From Balanoglossus misakiensis (lineage: Eukaryota > Animalia > Hemichordata): 64,000 nucleotides of DNA. The notes below the pieces were generated by a model. That model searched no databases. It saw nothing but the letters and a program-made list of their open reading frames with translations, and was not told where the DNA came from. Within the stretch, counting starts at the first letter, position 1. The number at the start of each line of letters is the position of its first letter. The position numbers and the translations under genes are program-made. Below are positions 26,513 through 38,046 of this stretch, piece after piece. The stretch spans positions 2,365,060-2,429,059 of the forward strand of contig CM082583.2 in NCBI GenBank assembly GCA_040954595.2. Reading direction: 5' to 3'.

Positions 26513-28239
26513 TCTCACATACCAACTCCTCTCTCCACAGAGGTACCAGTACATTTGATCATACATTTGTACATATACTCCCAACTATGTGTGAAATTCA
26601 AAATACATGTACAGCCCAACCCCTGCTCCTTAATAAAGATGTTAATCCACAGCTTTTAACACAAATTGGTTCACAAGTAAAAGAGCATAGGGATAACTGA
26701 TTGTTATTATTAAGCACATGTTTCCACTGCAAGTTAGCGTGAAAATCATTTCATCAGTGATGTTTTATACACCATATTAGTCTAATCAAATTAAGACTTT
26801 TGTCTCAATACAAAATACCCCCTTGCAATATTAACTCTAAATCTATAGATCATCACCCAAATTCTGTATAAAAAAGATGGATAGACAGACTGGCATATAC
26901 AACATCTAAAATAAAGTTTCCACCCACAGTTATGCCTTCTGGGATAAATAACAAAATATTAGACAAAATTTTACCCAATTTCAGGTGCTGCCAAAATGTG
27001 TGTGTATCAAAGTGGATTAATTGAAGGAAAAAATAAGCTATATACCGGTATTAGGTACATGTGAACCAATTTTCAGAGGAATCTCATAAATTATTATTTT
27101 TTTAAAACTTTATTTGAAAATTATTGGTATTTTGACAAATGCTGACCATTCGAATTGACAGCCATACAGGCAGATTATAGACACATACACAAAACACACA
27201 CACACACACACAAACAAACAGACTGACCCAGAGACATATATGATGACTAATCCCATAAGCTCAACAACTGTGTACCTAGCAAATGGGAGATAATAAAACT
27301 GACATCCAACAATCTCATTTGTTCAATGTAAGGTCAAAACTCTGTATCTTGTGACCAGCAGGAGGAAATATTAATATGTTTTTCTGTCTGTTAGCACAGC
27401 TATATTAAAGTTAGTATTGACAGCGGCGGTGAGAAATGAAGAGACTATGTTGGGTTGAGTTTGAGAGAGAAATACAAAAAAGCGAAAGAACATAAATGAA
27501 ATAATAACAAACCTGATTGATAGGTTTGGGCCCTACATCATTTCCAGCATTACCAGTACTATTATCAAATTCCTACAAAAAAATACATATTTTTGTATGA
27601 AAACTGGGCGGTTACATTCACCTGGATCTAGTCGGTACAATTAAACAGATTAGAATGTTTTGCGGGCATATGCTGTAAAAACTGGAGAAGTAAATGCATA
27701 GTATTTTCTTCATTTTTTTTCTTGGTAATTTTGGAAATTGAAACCAAGTACAGAGAGGATTTTACCTTAAAAGGACAACGTTGTTCACTTTTGACATTAT
27801 TTGTGGTGATCCTGCAGTTTCTTTTGATAGATTATTTCAATGTCCTGTTCTGCAAACTGAAATATGCCATAAGGGTTTACGCCACGCCTAAAACCAACAG
27901 CACGTAAAATCACTATTTGGGTCTTGAAGTATACTTTTGTCACTGTCTAGAATCTCACACCATTCCTTTAAAGTTTGATAAGCAAACATGACAGATGGGC
28001 ATGTATCCCCAAAGCCAGCTCAGTGGATTTTCTTGCCTGCTCCAAATTTATCCAACAAGGGCTTCCGTTCATGAAATAAGACCCTCTCTCACTCAGTATG
28101 CCTATACTGCCATCACTGTGGTCAGAGCAACGACAAAATTCTTCTGAGTTCTGCACCCTTCTCACCATAAAATATTTTCTGTTTCTCTCCAGACTCCTCA
28201 CGTGTTCAATTATGAGCGCAATTTGAACAAACTCGTTGT

Positions 28240-28500
28240 GCAATGGCGGTGTAACATTCTATGACGTTCTATCAAATGTTGGGCAATGATTCCCATGGCC
28301 GCAAGCAGTCAACATTGACACAAGTAGATTGGGATGGTCCAAATCATAGTGTTGTTTGTAGCGACCACTTTCTGGACGATTCGTTTGACAGCAAAAGATA
28401 GGACCCTCTTATATCTCACCAATATTAGCTAACAGGCACATCTGTCGATCTAAACTGAACGGCAACACCGTACCCAGTCCGACAACACAAAGGCAGTCAC
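28240..28500 (+). mobile_element. Degenerate THAP-domain remnant of a DNA transposon
   Basis: Translates as ..DWDGPNHSVVCSDHFLDDSFDSK*..SKLNGNTVPS (THAP CSxHF and AVP-box-like motifs) with stops. Confidence 0.55.
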
Positions 28501-29334
28501 CAGAAAAGAATGCAGCAGCCAACAGAATTGCAGAAAGAGCAACTGATGTACCACGGCCAGAAAAACAGCAAAAAGATTTGAAGACAACAGACCTCACCTG
28601 GTAATTTAGTGACGCGATGAAAACTATGCCAGCCTAAACTTTGAAGACATACTGGCTACAGATTTGAGGCAAGGTTAGATAATTGGAGTGGACAAAAATA
28701 AGTCACATAATGCTCATTTAATGACACATTTTCTTTGATGTTTGGCCTTTGGGGACCATTTTACGTATGACATCAGACATGTTTAGCAATGTCACATCAC
28801 TTTATTGTTTCTGACGAAAATATTGAATGGACTGACTTATTACATGTAGCAACTGAAACAAATCTATTCTGAAACATTATTTCCTATGCAAAGAAAATGG
28901 AAATGATAAACAGCATTTTGTAGTTGTACCACAATGCAATTGTAGATCTTCTCTTTACCAGAGCAAAGATTGTGCAATATCTGCTCATACCGTACCGTTT
29001 TCACTTGAGTCATGTTGGCAGTTGATGTACATGTAGAGGAGTTGACAATTGAGTTGGTTTCCTCCATTGTATCATCCAACCACCCTAAGATTGAAGTTTT
29101 TCCAGCCTAACACCAAAGTTACCCGACTCTGGCATATTGAATTTCAAATATTGTTTAGCTCTGCTGATTACAGGTGCACGTGTGACCTGTTGTTTGTTCC
29201 AAAGGGGGATAACTGGAATTAGATTATTCCAGTGACCAGGTAATTTGGAAACCAACTTGAGAGTCATGACTGCATCTCTGGTGACTTGTGTCTGCTTCGA
29301 GGAAAATCAAATGAATGCCTATACACGCTTAAAT

Positions 29335-30123
29335 GGGTCCCTAGGATCTTTTTGCCCGTTGCTATGGGCCTTTATAGGACATTACACCCCGATTTGGACT
29401 AAGCCGTTTTCAGAGTCTAACAAGGGGCTGGTAACTAGTTAAAAATACGCACGATTGTGAGCGCGCGCCCCCTGACGCCATTGATATGCAAATTAGTTAG
29501 GTCAAATTTCAAAAGCCTAAGGCTTTTTATTCCGTGACCTCAAAAACGAACTTGATACGTATTCATTAGTTGCTTGAACCAGGGAAGATCGTGACGGATT
29601 TTGTTTTCGAATATTATCGTTGTATCCTACGATTTCAGCATACCCGTACCACACCTGAAAAAGTCATCGATTTTGGGTGTTTTTGGACGCACTCTTCCAC
29701 TGGTATCGCTTCTTAGCACGACGAAAACCGAAAAAACGATCCGTCACACTATGCGGAAGTGCGTTCTCAACAAGCAGGTCAAATTTGGCTGGCCAACGTC
29801 GCCTGTGAAAAAAGCCTTAGGGATTTTCGTGAACGGTACAAAATCTCTGTGTACAAAACATTGGATTTTTAGCGTTCGATCCAGTTACTGTGGTTACAGG
29901 ACGCGCACGCTATCGCTGACCGCTGCTTTGCCGTATTAGCGTGGCGGCCTATGGCCGGGCGGTAGCTGCCGTAAACATACTCAGACAGGGGGTGTGCACA
30001 CAATCGTGTGTATTTTTAACTAGTTACAAGCCCCTTGTCGGACGTTCATAACGGTTTCGATCAAAATTGAGTGTAGTGTCCTATAAAGGCCCATAGCAAC
30101 GAGCAAAAAGATCCTAGGGACCC
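29335..30123. mobile_element. MITE with AT TSD and GGG...CCC termini (ISL2EU-type non-autonomous element)
   Basis: AT|GGGTCCCTAGGATCTTTTTGC..GTTGCTATGGGCCTTTATAGGACA...TGTCCTATAAAGGCCCATAGCAACG..GCAAAAAGATCCTAGGGACCC|AT; TIRs of about 125 bp. Confidence 0.85.
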
Positions 30124-30130
30124 ATCTTAA

Positions 30131-30433
30131 CCCTAACGCTGCCAATGTTGAAACTGGTTAGATTTCCAGGGTGCCTAGAATCCTGGCTCCCAGGCCTGTT
30201 AGACTGCCAAGTGCGTGTTAATCAGTAGGGCCTATACAAGACCCTCAGACCAATACAGTGAAAACCAGTGCGATTTGGTACATTTTACAGGGGGCTCAGA
30301 CTGCCAAGTGTGTCTAAGCACGTATGAGAGCCATGTCAAGACAGTCAAAATATGTTTCAGAAGGATAAGTGGTAAATACGTATTTTAAGGGACTTGACAC
30401 TCTAAACAGGTATGACACCCAGTAGCATTAGGG
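30131..30433. mobile_element. piggyBac-like MITE
   Basis: TTAA|CCCTAACGCTGC...GTAGCATTAGGG|TTAA. Confidence 0.75.
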
Positions 30434-31189
30434 TTAATATTAATTGAGAGAATATAAAATCATCTTACCCGATACTCTCCAGATGCCTCATCTATATCAT
30501 CAACATACAGATATTTATGTTCTCTGTAATATTCTCTCTTCTTGAGGACATACAACACAACTATATCACACATTATTGTTGCCTGAAAAACAAAATAACA
30601 AAATGTTTGACTCTAAATTATTAAGATGATATTTTGTTCATAAATGTTTCCCCCTTGTCTCTTTGGTCTGGCTCTCTGGTGCCCTATGGATTTCATCCCC
30701 CCCCCCCCCCCCCAGCCATTTCATGCACTAGGTCACCACCTAGAGCCTACAACTGTTTCTTGCAGCATGGTTTCTTGTTTGCCCAATGCCGCAGGAGCTG
30801 AACAAAAGGGGCCCCTGCCCAACCAGGTTTAGGTAGTTAGTTTTGCTACTTATGTATAGGATAGACAGGTAATCGGTGTTTTTTAATAAATTGATTTAAT
30901 AAAATGTCTTAGCACGGTAGTTGTTGCTGTTTTTATACGTATCCTAAATACGAACAACTTCCGAGCAGCTAGCAGTTGACCTAGTGTTTAGGGTTCACCC
31001 GTAATAGCTGACATTTCTGAATGCGAAGACGCGTCGTAGTACTAGCTTCCAACCACGGCCATGTTTGGAATTTGGAAGCGGGTTGCTGCATTTATGGGGA
31101 AAATAAATCGTTGGTATTTACTGTTTATGTACGGCACCTGAACTAAATCCAGCCTCGTCCTATAACTTGCTGACCATTGTACGTATCAA

Positions 31190-31650
31190 ACGAAGTGATC
31201 TGGCGCACACAAGTGTGCACCACAAATGATACCTGTCTCGCATTTTACTCAGTCAGTACGCCTAGTAACCCATTTCAAAGCTACTCCTGGGTCACTGGGA
31301 AAGCTCTGCATCGATATACCGTCGTTAAATTCATGTTGCTACACCCACCAACAACACCGTATTTCACAATTTTTGAAGTAGACGCCGGCGTTCAATGCAC
31401 AACGCAAGTCATGATATTCTTTTGTGTTCCACTAGTGACGTCATTTTCCCATTAGGAACGCGCGACATCCGAAACTTTACGATCAGCGGCATACCACAAA
31501 AGTCACCCTAAAATTACGTTTTTTTCTGTTAAAAAACACATTTTTGAAAGACTTTTTTGCCTTTTTCCAGTAAAAATAGTATGCTTGGACATGACATCGT
31601 TTATTCCTGTTTAAATTAATGTAAAATTTTGCCAGGACCTGGACTTTAAA
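31190..31650 (-). mobile_element. Degenerate THAP-encoding transposon end (Kolobok-like, TTAA terminus)
   Basis: Minus strand reads VKYGVVGGCSN..GISMQSFPSDPGVALKWV..LCAPDHF with frameshifts; it ends at GGACT|TTAA near 31645. Confidence 0.55.
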
Positions 31651-32922
31651 GTTTATAAGAAAATTGAGTCAAAACTCCACAGATTATCAACATTTACACT
31701 CTTGTGTGGGAATCATCATACCTAATCCAATCCAATCAAATCATTTCAGATCAGATCACAAACCTGAAGTTAAAACCTTTGGCAATCTTGGCATCAGGGT
31801 TGTCAAGACGACGAAATCCATAACGAGGTTAACATTCATCGGCACTGTGATCCAAATTGCACTGCCACTCAATGAAGATGCCCATCACTCCACCCTGTCA
31901 TGTACCAGAATATTTCATGTTGTTTATAATGAGATAAGAAAGGGTGATCAATACTGTTACCATGGTGATGAAGAGTATTTACTCCATTTTGTGCAACATA
32001 ATGAACAGGTTAATGGTGAAGTCTGTACACCTGATCAACAAACTAAAAGGGATGGAAACTTACATGTTAGAATACAAAGTTAGACAGTGTAACATCATTA
32101 TTATTTATTTCTTGTATGTCAACACATTGTTGGTCATTTAGGGCCACCTGTAATACTCGATATTAGAGGCCATTTTCAAGCAATTTCTGTGTGTATGCAC
32201 CCTTGCCCACAAATAAACATGAATAGTCAGTGTGTCCCCCTTCATTCCTTCAATATCAAATATAGGACAAGCTGTGAACAGCCAACGTGTCAGTGATCAA
32301 CTATTGGACTGTCTCACTTGATTTTCAAAAGTGAAAGATGCTATTTATTTCTGGGATGACATGAGTAAATTCTTCATTTTTCAGTTCTAGCTAAAATGAT
32401 CTTTTCCATTTCTATCTATTCATTGGTGAAATACAATTGCAATATGCAATGTTAGGTGTAATAGTTTTAAGAATGTAATTTCAGCAGGGGTAACTTTTGG
32501 CCTAGCAGTAAACATGGTCTTTCCATATGAATTCAAAAATGATGACTGGTGACTTAGTAAATTAATTCTACACAAATGAATGGTAAGTACAGACTTGCCT
32601 CCATTGCTACAGTCTCAAAATCCTCTCCGGATTCTGTGACAATATCCCCAAGACGAAATATTGGACAGAACTGTAAATCTGGATCGCCAGAATTGTAGTG
32701 ACAAGTCTTCAGAAAAGTTTCATTGGAACTTTCCAAAATGTTCCTTCTGGAAAAGTGAAAAGTGCAGAGATACAACATGATTGATACATCTACTGAATCT
32801 AAAATGATTTCATGCACAAAATAACTGCTGTTATTTATAAGCATTGATTTCTTTACACTGGATGTCATACGCCTTTTTTGTACAGAGAGCGCCCTTGCAA
32901 AACATTGTGTCATCTCCAAGTA

Positions 32923-33776
32923 CACTCCCATGCCCAGTATCGGAACGGCCCAGTATCGGAACACGCAAGTGTTTATGGCACAATTTCTCGTGCTTGTCGA
33001 AACATCTGGGATGTTGTTTGTGCTGAAAAATCTGCATGTGTGTGCAAACGACAAGTTGGTGGTTGCTGGTGATAGACTGATTTCTCTCAAATTCATTTTT
33101 CGGTGAATTTTTTTACTAATGCGACATAAAATAATCGCGCGTCTTATGCGAATTCGCCTTGAACTTTTCAATGACGATCAGAATATTTACCGTAAAGAAA
33201 ATGTAGTTTCAGCGTCGAAATTCCCCTGAAATTTAACATATTTGTTGTTACCGTTCGGATTATGTGCATTGACTATTTTACAATATTTATTTTCGTTATG
33301 AAAAAGTCATCTTTCTCCGGGTGTGTACATGCCCAGTATCAGAACACGGTGATGGCGGGAGTCTTAGAAAGCACGTCGGATAAAACATTTTCTGATGGAA
33401 CCTTTGTGAATGCGATCGTATACTGTGTACGCGACCAAAATTCGTTTCAAGTGTCTGCATATTGATCTGTCAGACGGTCGGTCGTAGCATATTAATAAAT
33501 CAATTTTTTTTGAAGATTTTCAGTTTTTATTGACTGTTACTCGTAAAATGTATGGTGTTCCGATATTGGGCCTCTTGTTTCGTTACTGGGCATCCGTAGA
33601 GCTCCGCATGATTAGCGCCACCACTTAAACGACCTTTGACCCAGGGGTCATATCCCGTCTTCGTACTTGTAAATACATGAACAACATTCTCGGTAATGAA
33701 AATTGGTAGCCGTTCACAAGTAGTGAGTGATAATTGAACTCCAACTCAAAGTGTTCCGATATTGGGCCAGGGAGTG
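32923..33776. mobile_element. Tc1/mariner-like MITE
   Basis: TA|CACTCCCATGCCCAGTATCGGAAC...GTTCCGATATTGGGCCAGGGAGTG|TA, with internal repeats of GCCCAGTATCGGAAC. Confidence 0.85.
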
Positions 33777-34769
33777 TAGGTGACATGAAAACGAGGCCAG
33801 CAGGTCACAGAGTAACCACACCATTGGCAAAGAGAACAATATGGCAAACTATTGGTGAAAGGGTCAAATGTTTATGAAATCAAGCAACATAAACTGTATC
33901 CGACTTACAAATGAAAGATTCCACTTACTTTGAAAAATTGAACTTGGGAAACGATATGCTGTTTTTGATGAGTACAGTGAAATTGGCGGCTTCATACAAA
34001 ACCGGTCTGTCAGTCCTGTTTGAGCAGAAAGTTGAAACATTTTCAATTCAGGTACTTCCAATTACATTATACATCATCCAAATGTAACAAACCTGGCAGT
34101 TAGGAACACTTATGAAACTGAGAACCTCTACTTCTTATTGTACATTTACCTTGGAACAACTGTACACAAAAGATGTTAGCTGGTAAGGAAGACAACTACA
34201 ACCATGAGATGATTTATTGTTTTGAAAATAAGTCCAACCAGGAAGAAATATGTCACAGGTGAAACAGCTGGGAAAGTAAACAGTTACAATACAAGTATTT
34301 CCATCAAATCTTTGACCTTACTTTCTTTTGAAATAATATAACATACAGCTTGACCGATGCACAAATTTTTGCAATGATGTTACACATCCATATATTGTAC
34401 CAATGTGTTGACCATATCAGCAAAAGTGGTAGATTGAAGTTTATCCTTGAATGCTTTTTCAAACATTTGTCATGATAGCTATAATTTGACCTTTGTTGCA
34501 ACCCTGCAAGCCATTTGGATGTTGAACAAGCCATCAAAATCAGTCAAACCTGTCATAACACATTTCTATGTCCCTGTACCAACTTTGAATGTAATCAGTT
34601 CAAGCATGTTTCAGTATTGCATTCTGATGGGCAGACAAATTTACAGGTCTACAGACAGATGGACAGACGAACAAAGCCCAATGCAAAACATTTGTCAACA
34701 ATAAATGTCGTCCAACAGCATACCGGTACTGTAAAACACTGAATTAGCTGCATTCATTTTGGCGAATTT

Positions 34770-37316
34770 AGATTTTTGGTTCATTTAGTGAGTTTGTAAA
34801 TACACTTGAAAAGCTTGTTCCAAATACAGGCAACCTGTTCATTGTTGGCAACTTCAACTTGCATCTGGATGATCCGCACAATGCTACAGCTGTGAAGTTC
34901 AAAGATCTCATCGACTCATTTGGTTTAAAGCAATGGATAAGCGACTCAACACATGTAAAAGGCCACACCCTCGACCTGATAATTACTAATTCTGAAAAAG
35001 TCATCAAAGCAATATCCATCGATTGCCACAGTCTTTCAGATCACTTTCCAATTCATGCAAGGCTGGTATTTCAGAAACCACCGCTTGAAAGACGCCAAGT
35101 CACACATCGATGCATATCTGCTATCCCGATGAGTGATTTCATCAATGATGTTGCGTCCATTCCCGACTTTCTTCACCTGCCATCAAATATTCATAAAGCC
35201 ATATCGACCTATGATTCAAAACTGTCTGCTCTTCTTGATATACATGCACCAGTAAAGAAACGCACTGTCACTGTTCGTCCAGACACCAGATGGTATAATG
35301 CTACTATTAAACAAGCAAAGACGGATAGAAGATCTGCCGAGCGTAAATGGCGTAACACCAAGCTAGAAATCCACCGCCAAATCTACAAAGAACAGTGTCT
35401 TCATGTGACCAAATTAATACGCCAGGCCACACGTGACTACTATTCCGACCTCATATCTGAGAATGCCAATAACCAGCGATCACTGTTCAAACTAGTTTCT
35501 ACACTTTGTACCAAGCATTCACAATCTCTTTCTGAACATACTACACTGGGTGAACTCACAGAACGTTTCAGTGACTATTTTATAAGCAAGATCAAGATTA
35601 TTCGTGACAACCTGAACTCCACTAATTACATCCCACAGATCATCAATACATATTTTCATCATTCAACCAAGCAAAAGCAGAAGAAATAAAAACTCTCATC
35701 ATGCAGTCACCTACCAAATCATGTTGCCTTGATCCACTTCCAACTTCGATACTAAAGAAATGCCTAGATACACTACTTCAGTACATAACTGCGACAATAA
35801 ACCTCTCTCTTCAATCTGGACAAATACCCACAGCATTCAAGTCTGCCGTTGTCACCCCGTTACTCAAGAAGGCTTCTCTGGACATTAACATCCTTAAGAA
35901 CTACCGTCCAGTCTCAAATCTACCATTCCTCTCTAAAGTCCTGGAAAAAGTTATAGCCACTCAACTCACCACTTATCTCACCACTAACTCACTATTGGAA
36001 CCACTACAATCTGCATACAGACAATACCACAGTACTGAAACCGCTCTCCTGAAAGTTCATGACGACATTTGCATGTCTCTCGACTCCGGAAAGTGTGTCA
36101 TACTTGTCCTTTTGGATCTTTCAGCTGCATTTGACACCATTGACCACAGCTTACTGTTAAACCGGCTCTCGGACCTTGGCATTACAGATGTCGCCCTCAA
36201 ATGGTTCGAATCGTATCTCATGGACAGACATCAGTCAGTAATTATTGGAAATGTCACCAGTAAACCCCGTCTTCTTCAGTGTGGCGTACCACAAGGGTCA
36301 GTCCTCGGACCACTTTTGTTCACCATATACATCTCTCCACTAGGGAAACTTATTCGTCAACATGACCTGGAATTTCACCAATATGCAGATGACAACCAAT
36401 TATACCTGTCCTTCTCCCAAAATGATTCATCAACCGCTGTCAGTTCCATCGAGGCCAGTATCTGTGACATCAAGCACTGGATGACGGAAAACATGTTGCA
36501 ACTCAACGACTCCAAAACAGAAGTTATTCTCATCCGTTCAAAGTTTAACCATTCTCCAGTTCCTTTCGACAGTATCACCATTGGCTCCAGTAAAATACAA
36601 CCAGTTAAATCTGCCCGCAACATTGGAGTTACCTTCGACAATACTCACATGTTTCACAAGCATATTCAAATAACCTGTCAGTCGATATATGCCAACTTAC
36701 GTCGAATTGGATCCATCAGAAGATATCTCAGTAAGGAAACTTATCTCACAGTAATACATGCCGTTTTGTCATCGAAACTGGATTACTGCAATGCATTGCT
36801 GTACGGACTTTCTGAATCCAGTATTAATCTACTTCAAAAAGCACAAAATACAGCAGCCAGAATCATTACCCGCACGAGGAAATCAAACCACATATCACCA
36901 GTTCTTCATAGTCTCCATTGGTTGCCAGTTCGACACAGACTCGACTACAAAATTCTACTACTAGCGTACAAGGCTCTCAACCGTCTTGCCCCAGTCTACA
37001 TTCAGGATCTGATCAAGCCATACAAGCCTAGTCGTGCTCTGCGCTCCAGCTCAAGGAACCAGTTGTGTGTACCAAAGTACAGACTCAAAACATATGGTGG
37101 ACGTGCCTTTTCCGTTGTCGCGCCACAACTTTGGAATTCTCTGCCATCTGACATTCAACAGGCTTCTAGTCTCAACATTTTCAAACAAAACCTCAAGACA
37201 TTTCTATTTCTCAAAGCCTATGAACACTGATGTTATACTTTCAGCGCCTTTGGAAATAACATTGTTATTGATTCTGGCGCTTTATAAATGTTTGTTTTGA
37301 TTTGATTTTGATTTTG
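34770..37316 (+). mobile_element. 5'-truncated L2-clade LINE (partial APE endonuclease + reverse transcriptase), antisense in P2X intron 5
   Basis: ORFs 34859..35689 (APE end: GNFN, THVKGHTLDLI, SDHF) and 35701..37230 (NYRPVSNLPFLSKVLEK, LDLSAAFDTIDH, GVPQGSVLGP, YADD, RALRS, GRAFSVVAPQLWNSLP) are joined by a frameshift near 35640. There is a (TTTGA)n tail. Confidence 0.95.
35701..37230 (+). CDS. LINE ORF2 reverse transcriptase domain (TE-derived)
   Basis: 509-aa ORF with the complete non-LTR RT motifs including YADD. Confidence 0.85.
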   Translation: MQSPTKSCCLDPLPTSILKKCLDTLLQYITATINLSLQSGQIPTAFKSAVVTPLLKKASLDINILKNYRPVSNLPFLSKVLEKVIATQLTTYLTTNSLLEPLQSAYRQYHSTETALLKVHDDICMSLDSGKCVILVLLDLSAAFDTIDHSLLLNRLSDLGITDVALKWFESYLMDRHQSVIIGNVTSKPRLLQCGVPQGSVLGPLLFTIYISPLGKLIRQHDLEFHQYADDNQLYLSFSQNDSSTAVSSIEASICDIKHWMTENMLQLNDSKTEVILIRSKFNHSPVPFDSITIGSSKIQPVKSARNIGVTFDNTHMFHKHIQITCQSIYANLRRIGSIRRYLSKETYLTVIHAVLSSKLDYCNALLYGLSESSINLLQKAQNTAARIITRTRKSNHISPVLHSLHWLPVRHRLDYKILLLAYKALNRLAPVYIQDLIKPYKPSRALRSSSRNQLCVPKYRLKTYGGRAFSVVAPQLWNSLPSDIQQASSLNIFKQNLKTFLFLKAYEH

Positions 37317-37794
37317 TGACTTAGCTATAATTAAAAACAGAACATGGTAAATATAGAGAAAATTATGAATTAGAGGCATCTTAAATTAGCGAATTTACAC
37401 ATACCTACACGTGGCTAAATTAGCTAAAATAACGTGCTAACTAAAAAGACATGTTTAATTACAGTAGATTTCATACATTAATTAAGACAGTTACCTTGGT
37501 CCTGGCTTCACATCTTTCTCTACAGGACACCAGGCCAATATTTCACAGGTTTTCGCTCCATATTCTGTGTTCATGATACACTTCCCAGTCATGACCCCTG
37601 AATTAAAATGAAATGGCTCTGTTTCAAGATGCATGCATTCAATTTAAAGATGTGCATTAAGTACTAGTTAAGTTATCTATAGACCAAAAGTATATCCAAC
37701 CATTATGTTCACCAAATGCTTCATGTAATGGTACTTTTGGGGCATCAGTGAACATCTGGTTGGCACATGGATTTTAGCTGGGAGGACTTTTAGC

Positions 37795-38046
37795 ATAGTC
37801 TGGTCCCCTGCCCCATTCCCACCGCTGGCTGTGCTACGCTAAAAGGGAAAGGGGTCAGGTACGGGCCAATGTCTTGGCCTAAAACATGGCCAGCATATAT
37901 GAACCAAAGACCATGTGATCATAAACAAGATGGATGCCTCCAAATGGCAATGTCCATACGCAAATGAGAGAAATGTTTACAATAGCCTGTGCCTGACCCT
38001 TTCCTTTAGCAGCCAACAGTGGGAATGGGGCAGGGGACCAGACTAT
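37795..38046. mobile_element. MITE with 4-bp TSD (Academ-like TAG termini)
   Basis: TAGC|ATAGTCTGGTCCCCTGCCCCATTCCCAC...GTGGGAATGGGGCAGGGGACCAGACTAT|TAGC. Confidence 0.75.

Noticed and set aside
23583-29085. Candidate terminal exons of P2X (about 23583-23690 and 29010-29084)
   Set aside because: They have acceptor-like sites but no recognisable homology, so I cannot choose without transcripts.
16657-31831. Stop-codon reassignment or readthrough explaining the in-frame TAG/TAA codons
   Set aside because: TAG, TAA and TGA all serve as normal terminators in this window, the stops do not correspond to one amino acid, and other lesion types co-occur.
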